From Halorutilales archaeon Cl-col2-1 (lineage in GTDB: Archaea; Halobacteriota; Halobacteria; Halobacteriales; Afararchaeaceae): 64,000 nt of DNA. Position numbers and translations under genes: made by a program. This document shows, one piece after another, positions 39,773-49,224 of the stretch (position 1 is the stretch's first letter; the number at the start of each line of letters is the position of its first letter). The stretch spans positions 928,001 through 992,000 of the forward strand of contig CP169074.1 in assembly GCA_041891055.1 (NCBI GenBank). The letters are read 5' to 3'. The notes under the pieces were generated by a model. That model saw only the letters and a program-made list of their open reading frames with translations, ran no database searches and was not told where the DNA came from.

Positions 39773-40864
39773 ATGTCAGGCGAAGAATCCGAATCGGCAT
39801 CCGACATGGAAGATCTACTGCAGGAGAACGGCACGGCTGAACTCGTCGAAAAGCTCGACGAGAGCTCCGAGGACATCGTAGAGCTCATAGAGCTACTTCA
39901 GGTCGTTCAGGATCTGAGTGAAGACCTGACTCCCGAGGTAAAGGAGGTCGTATACGAGAACAGGGAGGAGATTGAGTCTCTACGTTCCGCCTTCGAGAAG
40001 GAGGAGACTCTGGTTCTCCTCAAGAAGCTCGGCGAGAACTCCGACAACGTCGTCGAGATGCTCGACATGCTCGACGCCGCACAGGAGTTCAGCGAGGATC
40101 TCACACCCGAGGTCAAGAAGGTCGTATACGAAAACCGTGAGGTCATAGAAGACCTCCGGTCTTCCTTCGAGAAGGAAGAGACCCTGGTTCTCCTCCAGAA
40201 GCTCGGCGAGAACTCCGACAACGTCATCGAGATGCTCGATATGCTCGATGCCGGAAAGGATTTCGCCGAGGATCTGGCTCCCGAGGTCAAGAAGGTCGTA
40301 TACGAGAACAGGGAAGAGATCGAGAAACTCCGATCCGCCTTCGAGAAGGAAGAGACTCTTGTCCTCCTCCAGAAGCTCGGCGAAAACACCGACAACGTCA
40401 TCGAGATGCTCGACATGCTCGATGCCGCACAGGCATTCGCCGAGGATCTCACACCCGAAGTCAAGAAGGTCGTATACGAAAACCGAGAGGTCATAGAAGA
40501 CCTGAGAGAGTCTCTCGAAAAGGAGGAGACTATAGAGCTCCTCAAGAAGCTCGGCGAGAACACCGAGGGTGTCCTGATGACTATGGAGCTTCTCGACGGG
40601 CTCCACGACGCGAGTCAGGAGATAGACGCCGAGATGTACGAGATAGGAGAGACGCTCGGGCAGCTCTTCATACTCCTCGACACCTTCAAGGATCCCGCGA
40701 CAGTCGAGTCGTTCAACAACGCGTTACAGGTCTTCGCAGAGCCCGAGGAGAAACAGAAGGACTACCGTCTGAGTGTCCTCGGACTACTCAAGCTGCCGTT
40801 CGACAAGGAAGTGCGTCAGGCACTCGGTCTCTTCGTGGAGGCTGCGAGACGTATGGTGAGATAA
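39773..40864 (+). CDS. DUF1641-like helical membrane plug-in protein with four 58-aa repeats
   Basis: C-terminal SVLGLLKLPFDKEVRQALG; directly after sqr. Confidence 0.75.
   Translation: MSGEESESASDMEDLLQENGTAELVEKLDESSEDIVELIELLQVVQDLSEDLTPEVKEVVYENREEIESLRSAFEKEETLVLLKKLGENSDNVVEMLDMLDAAQEFSEDLTPEVKKVVYENREVIEDLRSSFEKEETLVLLQKLGENSDNVIEMLDMLDAGKDFAEDLAPEVKKVVYENREEIEKLRSAFEKEETLVLLQKLGENTDNVIEMLDMLDAAQAFAEDLTPEVKKVVYENREVIEDLRESLEKEETIELLKKLGENTEGVLMTMELLDGLHDASQEIDAEMYEIGETLGQLFILLDTFKDPATVESFNNALQVFAEPEEKQKDYRLSVLGLLKLPFDKEVRQALGLFVEAARRMVR
39920..40600 (+). repeat. Four intragenic 174-bp tandem repeats
   Basis: GTCGTATACGA at 39947, 40121, 40295 and 40469 (spacing 174). Confidence 0.95.
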
Positions 40865-40882
40865 CCCGAATCCGAATCCGAG

Positions 40883-41005
40883 TTAGTCGTCTTTTTCTTT
40901 CGAGGGAGGGAACAGAAGCGGCTTGACTACCGAGTAGAGTATAGCCAGCCCTCCGAGTACGAGAAGCGCCACGAACACCCAGAAGACGGTCTGTCTCGCG
41001 TCCAT
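40883..41005 (-). CDS. 40-aa single-TM protein (not in the ORF track)
   Basis: MDARQTVFWVFVALLVLGGLAILYSVVKPLLFPPSKEKDD; ATG to TAA, fills the intergenic gap. Confidence 0.65.
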   Translation of the reverse strand: MDARQTVFWVFVALLVLGGLAILYSVVKPLLFPPSKEKDD

Positions 41006-41056
41006 GGCCTGTGTGTAGTTCAACAGAGGTTAGTATTTACGGTGAGTATCTGAGGT

Positions 41057-41635
41057 ATGGGTATGTCGGAGTTCGGACAGGTTCACGTCTACACAGGCAA
41101 CGGAAAGGGCAAGACCACCGCAGCCGTGGGGGCAGGTCTACGTGCGGCAGGTCACGGCTACTCAGTACATATGGTACAGTTCATGAAGGGCGAGTGGTTC
41201 CCTCAGTACGGCGAGGTCAAGTCGCTACAAGACAACGAGAACTTCACCGTAGAGCAGTTCGCGACACAGCATTTCATAGAGCCCGACGACGTCACAGAAC
41301 ACGACAGGGAAACGGTTGAGAAAGCTATGGAGGCGTCGAGACGGGCGGTCGACAGTAACTACGACATCGTTATACTCGACGAGATAAACGTCGCGTCACA
41401 TTTCGGTCTCGTCTCAGAGGACGAGATGCTCGAACTCATAGAGTCGAAGAGTCCCGAGACTGAGCTAATACTCACGGGACGTTACGCACCTGAGTCTGTT
41501 ATACACGAGGCTGACCTCGTTACACGTATGGAGAACGTCAGACATCCCTACGACGGCGACGGTGACGGAGACGGAGACGAAGCTGAGATCGATGACGCTG
41601 AGGGCATGGAAGCGAGGGAGGGAATAGAGTGGTAG
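41057..41635 (+). CDS. cobO: Cob(I)alamin adenosyltransferase (CobO/BtuR)
   Basis: VYTGNGKGKTTAA, VQFMKG, ILDEI, LTGR, ADLVT, HPYD. Confidence 0.95.
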   Translation: MGMSEFGQVHVYTGNGKGKTTAAVGAGLRAAGHGYSVHMVQFMKGEWFPQYGEVKSLQDNENFTVEQFATQHFIEPDDVTEHDRETVEKAMEASRRAVDSNYDIVILDEINVASHFGLVSEDEMLELIESKSPETELILTGRYAPESVIHEADLVTRMENVRHPYDGDGDGDGDEAEIDDAEGMEAREGIEW

Positions 41636-41883
41636 ATATCGAGTCAGAGTACACAGAGACAGACGAGTCGAGGCTTCTGGAGTTCGAGAGAGACGGAAGG
41701 TACGTCTCAGTCTCGGTGACTAAGAAGGGCTACGGGATGCTTATTGTCTCCGACGAGAAAGGCGAAGTAGAGCGTTACTACGGCTTCGAGATGGCTCTCG
41801 ACCACGCCGCTGAGATACTGGGGGTCAGTCTGAACGACCTCAAAGAGACTGTCCCCGACGAAGCCCACGACATGGGGATGTAG
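41629..41883 (+). CDS. Small conserved hypothetical protein
   Basis: Acidic 84 aa, ERYYGFEMALDHAAE...DMGM. Confidence 0.7.
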   Translation: MVDIESEYTETDESRLLEFERDGRYVSVSVTKKGYGMLIVSDEKGEVERYYGFEMALDHAAEILGVSLNDLKETVPDEAHDMGM

Positions 41884-41889
41884 CTACCC

Positions 41890-42252
41890 CTACTCTATGT
41901 CGGACTCAAGAATCTCGTCACCCTCGACGTTAGGCGCACCGACGGCGAAGACTGTACATCCCTCCTCGGTGGATATACGTCTCCAAGCATCGGGGGAGAC
42001 GGCGACAAAGTCACCCTCCTCGACGTCTATCTCATCGTCGTCCACCTCCATAGTCGCAGAGCCGTCTATGAAGTAGTAGAGCTCCTCCTGTTCGGTGTGC
42101 TTATGAATCCTGTTCGAGTCACCCTCGTCGAAGACCCAGACGCTGGGTCTCATCTCGTCTGTACGTAGCTCGTAGCCGACCGCCTTGAGCGACGGCTCTA
42201 TGTCCTCTACCTGTCTCTCCTCGATGCTGTCTACGGCGACCTTCGAGTACAT
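41890..42252 (-). CDS. Cupin domain protein
   Basis: HKHTEQEELYY..G...GDFVAVSP; ATG at 42252. Confidence 0.85.
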   Translation of the reverse strand: MYSKVAVDSIEERQVEDIEPSLKAVGYELRTDEMRPSVWVFDEGDSNRIHKHTEQEELYYFIDGSATMEVDDDEIDVEEGDFVAVSPDAWRRISTEEGCTVFAVGAPNVEGDEILESDIE

Positions 42253-42363
42253 ACGTACGTCCGAATACGTAGTGAAACATAAAATAGACACGGCTCGCGG
42301 GAGTCGAACGTCTCTATCGCCGGAAGAAGTAAGTGAACTTGGGACACGTATAACTAACATAAC

Positions 42364-42642
42364 ATGAAAAAAGTAAGCGTGGGACAGACTGTCTACGACG
42401 AGGAAGGTGACGAGATAGGCACGGTTAGGGGGCTCGACGAGGACGGTTTCTTCGTGACAACACGTGAGGGGATAGAGTGCCTGAGCGTAGAGCACGAGAG
42501 AAGCGGACACGAGATAGGCGAGGCAGAGCTGATCTGGAGATGTTCGGAGTGTGGCACTGTCGGAGACATAGACGAGATGCCCGACGAGTGTCCCAACTGT
42601 GGAGTCGACAAGACCTACCTATATTACTGGACAGAGGACTGA
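42364..42642 (+). CDS. Small protein with C-terminal rubredoxin-like zinc ribbon
   Basis: GQTVYDEEG..IGTVRG; WRCSECG...CPNCG. Confidence 0.82.
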   Translation: MKKVSVGQTVYDEEGDEIGTVRGLDEDGFFVTTREGIECLSVEHERSGHEIGEAELIWRCSECGTVGDIDEMPDECPNCGVDKTYLYYWTED

Positions 42643-43349
42643 GAAAGTCTCTCGTCACGCAGGTACTCGATGAGTCGTCTCAGGCTTCCGAGTGAGATAT
42701 CGAAGAGGTACTTACCCTCCTCAGCCGAGGCGTCGCGCGGGTCTCCGACGACTCCGTTCTCGGAGAACTCGTGGGTGTCGTAAGCCACGAACGATCCGCT
42801 CACGAACTCACCCCACGACTCCGCGCCTTCCTCGGCGTCTGAGTCGGAGACGAGTTCGGGTCGGAGGTACTTTACGAGAGAAGTTTCAAGTTCGCCGGCG
42901 TGTCCCATCTCGTAGCCGTCCTCGTCGATCGACCTCCACCAAGTCCACTCTGTCGCGAAGATTACGTCTTCACGTGTGAGTTCCTCACAGACTTCCTGGA
43001 GTGCGTCTATGTTTCCACCGTGTCCGTTGACTACCACCGCCGCATCGAAGCCGTGGCTAGCCGCCGACTCAAGCGTCTCACGGACATACGACCTGAAAGT
43101 GTCGGGTGAGACATAGAGTGTCCCGTCAAACTCGGCGTGTTCCTCCGAGACTCCTATGTTAATAGGCGGGAGACAGACAGTCTCCTCCTCCTCGGCGGCG
43201 CGTCGGGCTAGCTCGGTCGCCACGAGGGCGTCAGTACGTATAGGTGCGTGGGGTCCATGCTGTTCGGTGCTTCCGACTGGGAGGAGAGCCACGTCGAACC
43301 CTGTCTCTCTGTCACGCACGTCTGTCCACGTCAGATCGCCGATCTCCAT
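42624..43349 (-). CDS. Creatininase-family amidohydrolase
   Basis: PVGSTEQHGPH, GVSEEH, NGHGGN, GHAGELETS. Confidence 0.92.
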   Translation of the reverse strand: MEIGDLTWTDVRDRETGFDVALLPVGSTEQHGPHAPIRTDALVATELARRAAEEEETVCLPPINIGVSEEHAEFDGTLYVSPDTFRSYVRETLESAASHGFDAAVVVNGHGGNIDALQEVCEELTREDVIFATEWTWWRSIDEDGYEMGHAGELETSLVKYLRPELVSDSDAEEGAESWGEFVSGSFVAYDTHEFSENGVVGDPRDASAEEGKYLFDISLGSLRRLIEYLRDERLSQSSVQ

Positions 43350-43418
43350 AATCGTAACTCGCCCCGGGACGGCTTAAACTCAAGGAAAGAGATTAGTCGT
43401 GGGTCACATAGTGGAAGT

Positions 43419-43973
43419 ATGAGCCACAAGTTCGATCCCGAGAAAGCCGAGAAGCTCGAGGACGAGTCACGTCTCGAACTTGCTCCTGTCGACGATCTCC
43501 TGAGTCTGATGAACGTGAGCGAGGACGACTCCGTCTGTGACGTCGGCTGTGGAACGGGTTTCTTCACGAGACGTGTCGCCGAGAAGGTCGACGAAGTCTA
43601 CGGAGTCGACGTCGAGAGGAAGATGTTGGAGTACTACGCCGACAACGGCGTGGGGGACAACGTGAGTCTGATCGAGTCGGAGGTCGGGAGACTCGCTCTG
43701 AAGGACGACAGCCTCGACGCCCTCTTCTCAATCACAGTCCTCCACGAGTTCTACGCCGAGAAGGCTTTCGACGAGATAGCAAGGACTCTGAGGGATGGAG
43801 GTACGGCTGTTATAATCGACTTCAAGAAGACGAGAGAAGACGGCGGACCACCGTACGACCACCGGATTTCGGTCGACGAAGCCGCCGAGGCTTTCGAAAA
43901 AGTAGGAGAGTTCGACGAGGTCGAGTCAGGAGAGATGGGTGACAGAACCTACTACGTTAAGGCGACTAAGTAA
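43419..43973 (+). CDS. Class I SAM-dependent methyltransferase
   Basis: DVGCGTG, GVDVE, VLHE, GGPP. Confidence 0.9.
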   Translation: MSHKFDPEKAEKLEDESRLELAPVDDLLSLMNVSEDDSVCDVGCGTGFFTRRVAEKVDEVYGVDVERKMLEYYADNGVGDNVSLIESEVGRLALKDDSLDALFSITVLHEFYAEKAFDEIARTLRDGGTAVIIDFKKTREDGGPPYDHRISVDEAAEAFEKVGEFDEVESGEMGDRTYYVKATK

Positions 43974-44211
43974 GGCGATCACTCAGGTCGTCGGTGTCGA
44001 CTTCGAGTCTGTATCTGACGACACCGTCGACCATCACGACGGGAAGTTCGTCTCCGTACATCTCCTCCAAGCCGGGGGAAGAATCGACGTTCTCCGTCTC
44101 GATATCTACATCGGCTCCTGTCTCGTCTACGACTGACTCGACAGCCTCTACTGCTTTTTCACACAACGGGCACTTGGGTCTCACAAGTATCCTTACTGTT
44201 TTTACTGACAT
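43966..44211 (-). CDS. Glutaredoxin-like protein (DUF836 type)
   Basis: RPKCPLCEKA, YGDELPVVMVDG; ATG at 44211. Confidence 0.82.
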   Translation of the reverse strand: MSVKTVRILVRPKCPLCEKAVEAVESVVDETGADVDIETENVDSSPGLEEMYGDELPVVMVDGVVRYRLEVDTDDLSDRLT

Positions 44212-44267
44212 CACATTAACAACTATTAACAAAACATATATTAATAATGAGACAGTAGGTGGTGGTA

Positions 44268-44627
44268 ATGTTAGGTTCGCTCGAAAAGCAGATTGTCGCG
44301 GTTCTTGAGGACGAGGAGACTGCCACGATAAGTGAGGTCTCCGACGCCTTAGACGAGAGAGACGTTGACATAGCCTACACGACCGTGAGCACGGTTCTCG
44401 ACCGTCTCCACGACAAGGAACTCGTCGACAGGAAGAAGGAGCCGTACAGAGGAGGATCACGTTACGTCTACGAGTACGTCGACATACAGGACGAGTACAT
44501 GAACAGCGTCGTCGACGATGTCGTCACAGTCTTCGGAGAGAACGGCGTCGCGAGCCTTGCCGACAGTCTCGGAGAGTTCGAGGACGAGGATCTCTCGGAG
44601 ATCAAGGACGAGCTGGGACTCGAATAG
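44268..44627 (+). CDS. BlaI/MecI/CopY-family regulator
   Basis: LGSLEKQI, IAYTTVSTVLDRLHDK. Confidence 0.85.
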   Translation: MLGSLEKQIVAVLEDEETATISEVSDALDERDVDIAYTTVSTVLDRLHDKELVDRKKEPYRGGSRYVYEYVDIQDEYMNSVVDDVVTVFGENGVASLADSLGEFEDEDLSEIKDELGLE

Positions 44628-44649
44628 AGTAGAAGAACTACTGTTTCTT

Positions 44650-45120
44650 TTAGAGTCCGGACTCGCCTTCGAGGTCTTCCTCAGAGAGTGTCTTGACATC
44701 TATCTTGAACTCGAACTCGTCTGGGAATCCGAGTACGTCGGAGTAGATCCTCTCGACGACGTCGGCCGCCTCCTCGGGATTCCGAACTTCCGCAACGTGG
44801 TCAGTGTATCCCATCGCACCTGTCTCCTCGTCGAAGTCAAATCCGTCGAGTTCGAGTATACGTCTACGTATCCTCTGCGCGCCGTTCTCTACGGGGACAG
44901 TCAGGTCGATTCTTCCTCCGAATGCGGAGAACTGGACGGCTAGCTCCCAGTCGTCGTGTGCGGCGTAGAAAGCCGCGAAGCTCCCGTCCTCGCCGCGTGA
45001 GACCGACTCGACGGCATCGATCACGAGTTCCTCTCTCTCCGACGGTGTCGACGACTCGACCACCTCGTCCCAGTAAGCCGAGTCATCGGTGTCATCCATC
45101 TCCCTGTCTCTGTGGCTCAT
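44650..45120 (-). CDS. Acidic hypothetical protein
   Basis: 3' 156 codons of the long minus ORF have host-like acidic composition; start inferred. Confidence 0.6.
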   Translation of the reverse strand: MSHRDREMDDTDDSAYWDEVVESSTPSEREELVIDAVESVSRGEDGSFAAFYAAHDDWELAVQFSAFGGRIDLTVPVENGAQRIRRRILELDGFDFDEETGAMGYTDHVAEVRNPEEAADVVERIYSDVLGFPDEFEFKIDVKTLSEEDLEGESGL

Positions 45121-45206
45121 GCTTACTCTGTGAAAGGAAGGTACGCCACGAGGATAGGTCTTCCTGTCCAGCATAGTATAAGTAGTAGAAACACTAAGCG
45201 TGTTAT

Positions 45207-45500
45207 ATGTTAGCGATAGCTCTGGGCGGAGCGGCTCTGGCTCTCGTCGCCATAGCCGGGACTTACACTTACAGGAAGCTCTCGACCGAGGTCGTGACGT
45301 GTGAGGGCTGTGGAACCGACATAGTCGATCCCGACAAGACAACCATCTGTACAGTCTGTGACACTCCACTCTTCGAGGAGGGCGAAGACTACATGCAGTA
45401 CGGCGCAGAGAAGTCGTCGGATTCGGGAGCTGAGACGAACACGACGAATACCGAGAGAGGTACAGGTACAGGTACAGAGACCGAGAGGATAGAGCTATGA
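45207..45500 (+). CDS. Membrane-anchored zinc-ribbon protein
   Basis: N-terminal TM, CEGC...CTVC. Confidence 0.7.
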   Translation: MLAIALGGAALALVAIAGTYTYRKLSTEVVTCEGCGTDIVDPDKTTICTVCDTPLFEEGEDYMQYGAEKSSDSGAETNTTNTERGTGTGTETERIEL

Positions 45501-45781
45501 ACAAGCTACTCAAGGCGGGCGAGACCGAGTGGTACCTTCCGATACACGCCTACATAGTTGTCTATGAGACAGAGAGCGGCGAGGAGCTTCTGACTATCTA
45601 CGAGAACGGCTCGGTACAGAAGCCGCCGAAGGCACAGGTCACGGGCAACCTTGTACGTATAAAGCCCGAGAACGAGGTCGAGAGAACCCAGACGGGATAC
45701 ATAGTACGTATGAGAGAGAGGTCAGTTCTCAGAAAACAGGACGACGACCACTGGATAATACTCCCGTACGACCCTAGTTAG
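45497..45781 (+). CDS. Hypothetical protein
   Basis: 94 aa, ATGA-coupled to upstream gene. Confidence 0.65.
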   Translation: MNKLLKAGETEWYLPIHAYIVVYETESGEELLTIYENGSVQKPPKAQVTGNLVRIKPENEVERTQTGYIVRMRERSVLRKQDDDHWIILPYDPS

Positions 45782-46209
45782 TTAGCGTCTCTGAACTCTA
45801 TCTCGTCTTCCGACTTCCCGGCTTCGTCCATGACCTCCTCCGAGACCTCTATGTCACACTCAGTACGTACGGCAAGTGAGACGGCGTCGCTCGGACGCGC
45901 GTCGAAGACGAACTTCTCCCTCTCGCCCTCGGAGTACCTCTCTATATGTATCTTGGCGTAGAAGGTGCCGTCCATGAGGTCGTCGATTATTATTCTGTCG
46001 AGTGCTCCCCCCATCTCGTTTACCATCGTTAGGAGAAGGTCGTGTGTCAGGGGTCTCTCGAAGGGCTCGTCGTCGAGCGCGATCTGTGTCGAGCGCGCCT
46101 GGTCGCCCGTGACCATAACGGGGAGATAACGCCCGCCGGCTTCGAGTACTATCGCATACGTCTGGTCGCCCGCGAGCCCTATCCCTTTAACATTCGCGGT
46201 GAGATCCAT
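45778..46209 (-). CDS. Bifunctional nuclease (DUF151) family protein
   Basis: RPLTHDLL, FYAKI, DARPSDAVSLA. Confidence 0.92.
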   Translation of the reverse strand: MDLTANVKGIGLAGDQTYAIVLEAGGRYLPVMVTGDQARSTQIALDDEPFERPLTHDLLLTMVNEMGGALDRIIIDDLMDGTFYAKIHIERYSEGEREKFVFDARPSDAVSLAVRTECDIEVSEEVMDEAGKSEDEIEFRDAN

Positions 46210-46234
46210 GAGAATAGTTGTCGTTCTATCTACT

Positions 46235-47365
46235 TTAGATTTGGGAGGGGACGAGGGAGTCGTATATCTCCGCGAGGTCGTTGAGTGTCGATCCGACGTC
46301 TATTTCGTCACGCATTCGGAGGGAGTTCTCGGAAAGACTGTCACGTCTGTCAAAGGTCTCACGTATCCGGTCGACAAAGGCGTCTACGTCTCCCGGGGAG
46401 TAACGCAGTCCGTTCCTACCCTCATCTATGCTGTTTCTGAGACCTCCGGCGTCGGCTCCTACGACGGGAGTTCCACACGCAGTGGCTTCGAGTGCTACGA
46501 TACCCTGTGTCTCGACGTCGCTCGGGAAGACGAAGACGTCGAGCGAAGAGTAGAAGTCGGGGAGTCTATCACGTTCGAGGAAGCCGGGGAAGTAGACGTT
46601 GTCTATGTCTCGGGAGTCGGCGTACTCGATCAGAGAGTCACGCGCGGGCCCGTCACCCACAAGGACGAAGTCTATCTCGGGGAGACGGTCGGCGGCGTCT
46701 ACTGCGTCACGTAGGTTCTTCTCGTAGCCGTGTCTCCCGCAGTATCCCGCGACAGGCGGCTCGGCTCCTATCTCTGAGAGGAGGTTCGACTCAACTGGTC
46801 GGAAGAATTCGGTGTCGACTCCGTTACTCAGGACACGTATCTTGTCGTCGTCAACGCCCTTCGACGCGAGTTCGTCGCCGGCTTCGTCGGAGGGGACTAT
46901 GACGATGTCAGTCTGTGAGAGGTACCTGCGTTCCCAGACCTGACTAACTTTCTGAAGACGTCTGGCTACGGCGTCGTTCGAGGTGAGGTACTCTATGTAC
47001 TTCGGAATCGGGGTGTGGTAGCTCGCGACGAGAGGCAGGTCGGAGTAACGCGCGAGTCCCGCGCCCGCTATACCCATCGAGAAGGGCGAGTGTACGTGAA
47101 CCAAGTCGGCTTGGCGTGACTCAGAGGGGAGAGTGGGTCCGGGTACGCCTATACGGTAGCCCTCGTAGAAAGGGAAGTCGAAGCTACGAACCGGAATCTC
47201 GTCGTCGTCGGGGTCGTAGTCGTCGCTCCCGGGATACGTGACCGTCATACGTCCGGGGTACGTCTGAGACGAGTTCCATCTCTGTTTCCAGAGCTGTATG
47301 CTGTATGTGACGCCGTTGACAGTGGGTAGGTAGGTGTCGGTGAAGGTGGATATACGCGGAGACAT
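46235..47365 (-). CDS. Glycosyltransferase family 4
   Basis: FTDTYLPTVNGV, HVHSPF, SYHT, NGVD, ETQGIVALEA. Confidence 0.93.
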   Translation of the reverse strand: MSPRISTFTDTYLPTVNGVTYSIQLWKQRWNSSQTYPGRMTVTYPGSDDYDPDDDEIPVRSFDFPFYEGYRIGVPGPTLPSESRQADLVHVHSPFSMGIAGAGLARYSDLPLVASYHTPIPKYIEYLTSNDAVARRLQKVSQVWERRYLSQTDIVIVPSDEAGDELASKGVDDDKIRVLSNGVDTEFFRPVESNLLSEIGAEPPVAGYCGRHGYEKNLRDAVDAADRLPEIDFVLVGDGPARDSLIEYADSRDIDNVYFPGFLERDRLPDFYSSLDVFVFPSDVETQGIVALEATACGTPVVGADAGGLRNSIDEGRNGLRYSPGDVDAFVDRIRETFDRRDSLSENSLRMRDEIDVGSTLNDLAEIYDSLVPSQI

Positions 47366-47477
47366 TCGACTGTGTCGGCTTAGGCACGAGGCTACGAAAA
47401 AACTACCTACTGCCGAGACGAGACGAGCCGAACCGAAGGTCGCAAGACTCAAGTCCTGAGGAGACGTCTCTTGAGAC

Positions 47478-47846
47478 ATGAAATGGCAAGGACGTTCGAA
47501 ACGTAAGAAGACAGGTGGGCGTAGAAGACATCCGAGGAAAAAGAGAAAGCACGAACTCGGCAGCGAGCCGACGGAGACCCAGGTCGGAGACGCCGACTAC
47601 AAGACAGTCGTCGTCAAGGGAGGAGACAAGAAGACACGTGTTCTCCAGACTGACGAGGCGAACTACATAGACGGGGGCGAGACTTCACGCGTCGAGATAC
47701 AGGACGTCGTCGAGAACGAGGCGAACCCCAACTACCCGAGACGTAACATAATCACTAAGGGTGCTGTGATAGAGACTTCGGAGGGGAAAGCCAAGGTCGT
47801 CTCGCGCCCCGGACAGGACGGCGTGATAAACGCCGTAGCTGTCTAA
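47478..47846 (+). CDS. rps8e: 30S ribosomal protein S8e
   Basis: RKKTGGR, KRKHELG, RRNIITKGA, SRPGQDG. Confidence 0.97.
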   Translation: MKWQGRSKRKKTGGRRRHPRKKRKHELGSEPTETQVGDADYKTVVVKGGDKKTRVLQTDEANYIDGGETSRVEIQDVVENEANPNYPRRNIITKGAVIETSEGKAKVVSRPGQDGVINAVAV

Positions 47847-47867
47847 ATTTAGTAGTAAAAAAGAAGT

Positions 47868-48275
47868 CTACTCTTCTTCTTCTGTCTCTTCGTCCTCGGA
47901 CTCCTCAAGACCGAGGAGTGACTCGACCGACTCGTCGCCTTCCTCGACTATCTTAGTGTTGAGCTGTGCGGTCGCGTCGCCTATCTCTCCGCCTCTGACG
48001 GTGACACGTTTTCTCTCGCCTTCCTTCGAGGGGTTGAATCCGGTGCCTCCCGAGACGAGTACCTCGGTAATTTCACGTCCCTCTACGTCTCCACGGAGGG
48101 GTCTTCCGGTGTCGTCGCTTCCTCCGGTTATCTCGATCTCGTAGCCGTCGAGTCCGACGAGAGATCCTTCTACTGTCTCTCCCACCGACGAGCCGACGAA
48201 GTCGTCGACATCGGCTTCGAGTTGGTACGAAGTCCCGGTTTCAGTATCTGAGACTATGACCTGCATATCCGTCAA
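47868..48275 (-). CDS. rps6e: 30S ribosomal protein S6e
   Basis: ITGGSDDTGRP, GERKRVTVRG, QLN; start TTG 48275 or ATG 48266. Confidence 0.95.
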   Translation of the reverse strand: MTDMQVIVSDTETGTSYQLEADVDDFVGSSVGETVEGSLVGLDGYEIEITGGSDDTGRPLRGDVEGREITEVLVSGGTGFNPSKEGERKRVTVRGGEIGDATAQLNTKIVEEGDESVESLLGLEESEDEETEEEE

Positions 48276-48347
48276 GACGTGTGCTCTCTTAATAAGGATA
48301 GTGATAGGTCGATACTCCTAAGCTATGTAAGGACGTACCCAGGCATA

Positions 48348-48779
48348 ATGCAAACCGAACACGTAGACGACAGCCGAAGTACGGCGTCCGAGGTGGGTGC
48401 GAGATGTGACCTCTACGACGCCTCGGAGTCGGTCGACATAGAAGGGCTGTACAAGTACGTCTTCGACCTGCCGAGACAGAGCATAGACGTCTGTGTGTAT
48501 CTGTCTCAGACAGACGGGGCTACTGTCGACGAGATTGCCGACCATCTCGGGGCGAGCAAGAGCACGGCGAACCGTGTCGTGAGGGAGCTAGTCGAGAAAG
48601 GCGTCGTCGAGAGACGTCCCGTCAACTTAGACGAGGGTGGTGTCGTGAACCTGTACTACCACCAGGACGTCTGTGACGTGAAGGACTGTCTCGTGAGCGA
48701 ACTCGAATCGTGGTACAGGGAGGCGAGAGAGGTCATAGAGGAAGTCTCAGAGGAGAAGGCGGCGGAGGTAAGGGAGTAA
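48348..48779 (+). CDS. TrmB/MarR-like winged-HTH regulator
   Basis: ATVDEIADHLGASKSTANRVVRELVEKGVV. Confidence 0.82.
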   Translation: MQTEHVDDSRSTASEVGARCDLYDASESVDIEGLYKYVFDLPRQSIDVCVYLSQTDGATVDEIADHLGASKSTANRVVRELVEKGVVERRPVNLDEGGVVNLYYHQDVCDVKDCLVSELESWYREAREVIEEVSEEKAAEVRE

Positions 48780-48861
48780 ACCCACGGATAACCCAATCCA
48801 TACTCTGTCCGAGACTTATAGGACAATACAACTAAATTTACCTCACAAAGAACAAAGGTAT

Positions 48862-49224
48862 CTAAATTCCCATCTCTGCGTTTTCTTCTGACAGATACCT
48901 TATAGTCTCAGAGATGGTCTTGTCTGTGAACTCCTCGGTGACCCGACCCTGAGGATTCACGATACTACTGTGCTTGATGGTTGCGATGACCCAAGGAGAA
49001 CAGTAAGACGTCTTGTCAGGATTTTTACCTTCTATCCAGTCAGTGCCTATTTCGAAGTTGTGTGGTAGGTCAGTCGTTGTGAGGGCTGCATAGATGTACT
49101 CTTCGTTAGGATATGGTAGAGTGTCAGACGCGAGAAGTAGCCACAGTCTCGGGTTCGATCCATCCCGGAAAGGGTCGGGAGCCCAGAATACGTCGCCTCG
49201 CTCGTATCTGTGACTGTCACTCAT
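48862..49224 (-). CDS. PemK/MazF-like toxin
   Basis: YERGDVFWAPDPF, ALTT, SPW, QGRV. Confidence 0.75.
   Translation of the reverse strand: MSDSHRYERGDVFWAPDPFRDGSNPRLWLLLASDTLPYPNEEYIYAALTTTDLPHNFEIGTDWIEGKNPDKTSYCSPWVIATIKHSSIVNPQGRVTEEFTDKTISETIRYLSEENAEMGI

Noticed and set aside
39920-40600. CRISPR-like or non-coding repeat array
   Set aside because: Repeats are contiguous, in frame and vary largely at synonymous positions
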